DNA of 64,000 nt from Candidatus Egerieisoma sp. (GTDB lineage: Bacteria > Bacillota > Clostridia > UBA1212 > UBA1255), in the NCBI GenBank assembly GCA_045125595.1, contig JBGVNN010000010.1, positions 43,879 through 107,878 of the forward strand, given 5' to 3'. Positions 61,009 to 64,000 of the stretch are shown here, one piece after another. The notes below the pieces were generated by a model. The model was given only the letters and a program-made list of their open reading frames with translations. It made no database searches and had not been told where the DNA came from. A program made the translations under genes and the position numbers. The stretch's first letter is position 1; each line of letters starts with the position of its first letter.

Positions 61009-61941
61009 CTATTTAAGTACGTCATCAAATAGTTCTCGAACCCGTTCCCAATCAACACCGTTTTTCGCACGCCAAAATCTTACAGGGTATCCATAATCAT
61101 TTCTATGTTCATCAGGTTCTCTCATATCTTTAGTTCGAATAAAATATTTCGTCACTCCGCGACATTCGTCTGAATGCAAGATATCTAAATATCCTAAAAT
61201 GTCTAAATATGCCTTATACTCTCTTGATTTGAACGCAAGAAGTTTGCTTTTTTGCAAAATTTCCTTATAAGCCCCTATCTTTTTTTCACTCTGCAATTGC
61301 TCTGTAAGCATCAACGAATCTACAAAAAGCTGATAATCTTCTTTTGTTGCTATTACCTTCGGCATCTTTATAAATTCACGTAATAAAAAAGAAGAAGTTG
61401 TCAGATTTTGCCCCCAAGGATAACCGCCTTCATAGATTCGGCAATATTGCATATAGTTTATCCACATAAAACTCATTTTAGTTTCAACAGATGCAGCACA
61501 GTAATCACAAAAATCACAGTATGGCGATGTATGTAAATCATCGGGGCGTAAATAGTCTTCACTATGTTCAGGAATATTCTTTATGTGTAAAAAAGCAGGC
61601 AAAGCGGTTCTGTAAGCAGGGATTCCCCTTGAGACTCCGTAAATAAATGCGTGAACAACATCTTTGTAAGATACATTTTCAACACGTTGTCTTGCGATTT
61701 TGTTTGCCTCTGTATGTTCAAAAACTTCTTCTCCTAAAAACATGGTTCCTTCCGCAACCGCGGGCAAATATTTTCCAACCGAGTTCGGCCAAAAATTTTT
61801 TCCAAAATCATTAGAATCACATTGAAATTCCCTAAGCAATTTCAATGCAGAGCCATGATCGCAAGCAGGTATATGGTCCTTATAAAATTGTATTACTTCA
61901 TCATCAAATTGTTTGTTAATCATCTCACTGTAATCTGACAT
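61009..61941 (-). CDS. hypothetical cytoplasmic protein, Cys/His-rich (CDHG, CDFCDYC)
   Basis: 310 aa ORF, tightly spaced after upstream gene. Confidence 0.5.
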   Translation of the reverse strand: MSDYSEMINKQFDDEVIQFYKDHIPACDHGSALKLLREFQCDSNDFGKNFWPNSVGKYLPAVAEGTMFLGEEVFEHTEANKIARQRVENVSYKDVVHAFIYGVSRGIPAYRTALPAFLHIKNIPEHSEDYLRPDDLHTSPYCDFCDYCAASVETKMSFMWINYMQYCRIYEGGYPWGQNLTTSSFLLREFIKMPKVIATKEDYQLFVDSLMLTEQLQSEKKIGAYKEILQKSKLLAFKSREYKAYLDILGYLDILHSDECRGVTKYFIRTKDMREPDEHRNDYGYPVRFWRAKNGVDWERVRELFDDVLK

Positions 61942-61945
61942 AATC

Positions 61946-62305
61946 TTACCACCTTGAATTAACCTTTTCCTTCAATGTACGAATAAAATTTTCCACGTTA
62001 TCCGCACCATCACTCGTCAAAGCAGTTGAAAAATCTTTGATATCATTAACGAGTAAATGATATTTCTTGTCGGCATTTAAGCGAATATGAAAAGAGCGTT
62101 TAAACAATCCCCTTTTGATAGATAATTTTGTTATATCTTTAAGCCGAATTTCCGTAATGTAGGCACTACTCGCAGTATATAGAATGCCGTCATTTGTTAG
62201 ATAAAAATAGAGATTTTGAAAACGACTTGAAATCAAAAGTTTTTTAAAACTATCTCTCCAACCCAATGTCATCACCACTTTAATTACTCTTCTTTGCTTT
62301 ATCAA
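61946..62305 (-). CDS. hypothetical small protein (119 aa), possibly PH-like fold
   Basis: ORF overlapping the upstream membrane protein gene by 26 nt. Confidence 0.4.
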   Translation of the reverse strand: MIKQRRVIKVVMTLGWRDSFKKLLISSRFQNLYFYLTNDGILYTASSAYITEIRLKDITKLSIKRGLFKRSFHIRLNADKKYHLLVNDIKDFSTALTSDGADNVENFIRTLKEKVNSRW

Positions 62306-62684
62306 GCGTTGCTATAATCAACCCTTCACAAGCACCAAGTGTCGGAGATAATCCATTCGGAAAGTCTATTATGAACCCCACTGTCATAACAATCGTACCA
62401 ATTGTTCCTACGATTAAGAAAAAATAAAAGAAAAAGCTCATTACTTTAGAAGGAGCATTAATACTCACTATTTTATACATCAATCTAACAAATCCGTATA
62501 TGACAAAGGGTAAAATCAATGACAAAATAAGAATCTTCACCTTTTCTTCTCCGTTGCCGAAAATCAAAGTTAATGTCCAAAATACAAGCAAAATAGCAGT
62601 GCAAATAATTAAAACAATATTTTTCTTTTGAATCAATTTATTGAGCATGTACGATTCCCCCATTAAATAATCGACTTCAACCAA
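62280..62684 (-). CDS. small integral membrane protein (134 aa, 3-4 TM)
   Basis: Overlaps the NSS transporter gene end by 22 nt and the downstream gene start. Confidence 0.5.
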   Translation of the reverse strand: MVEVDYLMGESYMLNKLIQKKNIVLIICTAILLVFWTLTLIFGNGEEKVKILILSLILPFVIYGFVRLMYKIVSINAPSKVMSFFFYFFLIVGTIGTIVMTVGFIIDFPNGLSPTLGACEGLIIATLDKAKKSN

Positions 62685-64000
62685 CCCATTATTGTAAAGT
62701 TATCCGAAAATTCAAAATTAAGTATACCAATGATAAACACAAAAACAATTACCGCAGGCAAAACAAACTTCAAATAATATCGTGTCCATCTTTTTAATTT
62801 CAAGCCTTTACCGGCGTTGGCTTCGTTCAAAAAGTTATCAAAGCCCCAGCCGTATTTACTAACGCAAAACAGCACATAACACAATGCGCCAATCGGAAGC
62901 ATGATGTTGCTTACCAAGAAATCTTCCAAATCCAATATAGAGGAACCACTTGTAAAGGGAGTAATTTCCGACAAAACATTAAAACCAAGTGCACACGGCA
63001 GCGACAAAATAAAAATCGACACACCACAGATTATACAAGTCTTAGCCCTTTTCCAAGATGTAATTTCGCTGACACAGGCAAGTATGTTTTGAAAAACAGC
63101 AATAATCGTAGACATCGCCGCAAAAAACATAAACAAGAAGAAAAGGCTTCCCCACCATCTGCCACCATTCATATTGTTGAAAACACTTGCCATAGCACCA
63201 AACAGAAGTTCAGGACCTTTTGTAGGTTCTACATTGAATGTAAAACACGCCGGAAAAATTATCAAACCTGACATAATCGCCACAAAAGTATCAAGCACAA
63301 GCACATTAATTGATTCTCCCGCAAGAGAACGTTCTTTACCTATGTAGCTTCCAAATATTGCCATAGAGCCAATACCAAGGCTCAATGTAAAGAACGCCTG
63401 ATTCATTGCTGCAACAATAACACTACCATTAATTTTGCCAAAATCAGGTTTTAAGTAAAATGTTAATCCTTCTTTTGCTCCGGAAAGTGTAAAACTGTTA
63501 ACAGCCATAACTATCATAAGAAAAACCAACGCAATCATCATATATTTCGTTACTTTTTCAACACCATTTTGAAGTCCGAAAGAAAGAATCAAAAAGCCAA
63601 GCAAAACAATAATTGCAACAAAGCCCACACCAATTAAAGGACTGGAAAGCATATCTCCAAATAAGTTTTTAGATGCAGTTTCAGTTATACCGGTCATATT
63701 ACCCATCAAAAAGTTGATAAAATAATACAAAACCCAGCCTGACACAGATGTATAAAACATAACAAGCAGGACATTGGCAATCAATGCTCCATATCCGTGC
63801 AGATGCCATTTTTGACCCTTCTTTTCAAGCTTCTGATAAAGCCTAACAGGGCTTGCCTGGCTTGCTCTACCAAGAGAAAACTCCATAATCAATATTGGAA
63901 ATCCCAAAAGCAAGAGAAAAATCAAATAAATTAATACAAAAATACCTCCACCGTTTTCTCCCACCATCCACGGAAATTTCCACACATTTCCGACGCCGAT
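62663..64000 (-). CDS. sodium-dependent transporter, NSS (SNF) family, 5'-truncated by the window edge
   Basis: ...GNVWKFPWMVGENGGGIFVLIYLIFLLLLGFPILIMEFSLGRAS... matches the NSS TM1 signature; reading frame stays open to position 64000. Confidence 0.8.
   Translation of the reverse strand: MGVGNVWKFPWMVGENGGGIFVLIYLIFLLLLGFPILIMEFSLGRASQASPVRLYQKLEKKGQKWHLHGYGALIANVLLVMFYTSVSGWVLYYFINFLMGNMTGITETASKNLFGDMLSSPLIGVGFVAIIVLLGFLILSFGLQNGVEKVTKYMMIALVFLMIVMAVNSFTLSGAKEGLTFYLKPDFGKINGSVIVAAMNQAFFTLSLGIGSMAIFGSYIGKERSLAGESINVLVLDTFVAIMSGLIIFPACFTFNVEPTKGPELLFGAMASVFNNMNGGRWWGSLFFLFMFFAAMSTIIAVFQNILACVSEITSWKRAKTCIICGVSIFILSLPCALGFNVLSEITPFTSGSSILDLEDFLVSNIMLPIGALCYVLFCVSKYGWGFDNFLNEANAGKGLKLKRWTRYYLKFVLPAVIVFVFIIGILNFEFSDNFTIMGWLKSII

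Overview
This window looks like a low-GC Firmicutes (Clostridia-like, spore-forming) chromosomal segment, almost entirely minus-strand coding. I found no transposase, integrase, CRISPR array, tRNA or rRNA. The main blocks, in order:

- **Ribosomal protein cluster (8-13149, minus strand).** A complete S10-spc operon block plus the start of the alpha block. Gene order is rpsJ, rplC, rplD, rplW, rplB, rpsS, rplV, rpsC, rplP, rpmC, rpsQ, rplN, rplX, rplE, Z-type rpsN, rpsH, rplF, rplR, rpsE, rpmD, rplO, secY, adk, map, infA, rpmJ, rpsM. It is driven by a strong sigmaA-like promoter and a leader of about 300 nt.
- **Housekeeping neighbourhood.** A YitT-like membrane protein, a repeat-rich 570-bp non-coding region, an HAD phosphatase, corA, rsfS, a nadD-yqeK fusion, the UPF0210/ACT pair, tldD/pmbA, several GT2 glycosyltransferases, an NlpC/P60 lipoprotein, metG, trmB and a tandem-Nudix gene.
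- **Cell-shape operon.** radC-mreB-mreC-mreD-PBP2.
- **Surface polysaccharide cluster.** Wzx, Wzy-like, and two GT2 genes.
- **Efflux and sporulation.** marR plus heterodimeric ABC exporter genes lie divergently from spoVFA/spoVFB (dipicolinate synthase). The divergent intergenic region carries a 73-bp tandem repeat array of about 3.7 copies.
- **ECF sigma operon.** An ECF sigma factor, a non-ZAS anti-sigma candidate and three uncharacterised membrane-anchored proteins.
- **Aromatic amino-acid unit.** A T-box leader with a probable Phe specifier, a class I-alpha DAHP synthase, and an unusual ACT-ACT-MBL fusion protein.
- **Window end.** A compact operon of hypothetical proteins, with a 5'-truncated NSS-family transporter at the edge.

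The most unusual sequence-level signals are:
- a dispersed family of imperfect palindromic TTTTCGTAC...GTACGAAAA elements that also forms the 73-bp tandem array;
- a 20-nt exact repeat that marks a gene-remnant copy;
- a Cys4 (zinc-ribbon) variant of ribosomal protein L24;
- the T-box with the ACT-MBL gene.
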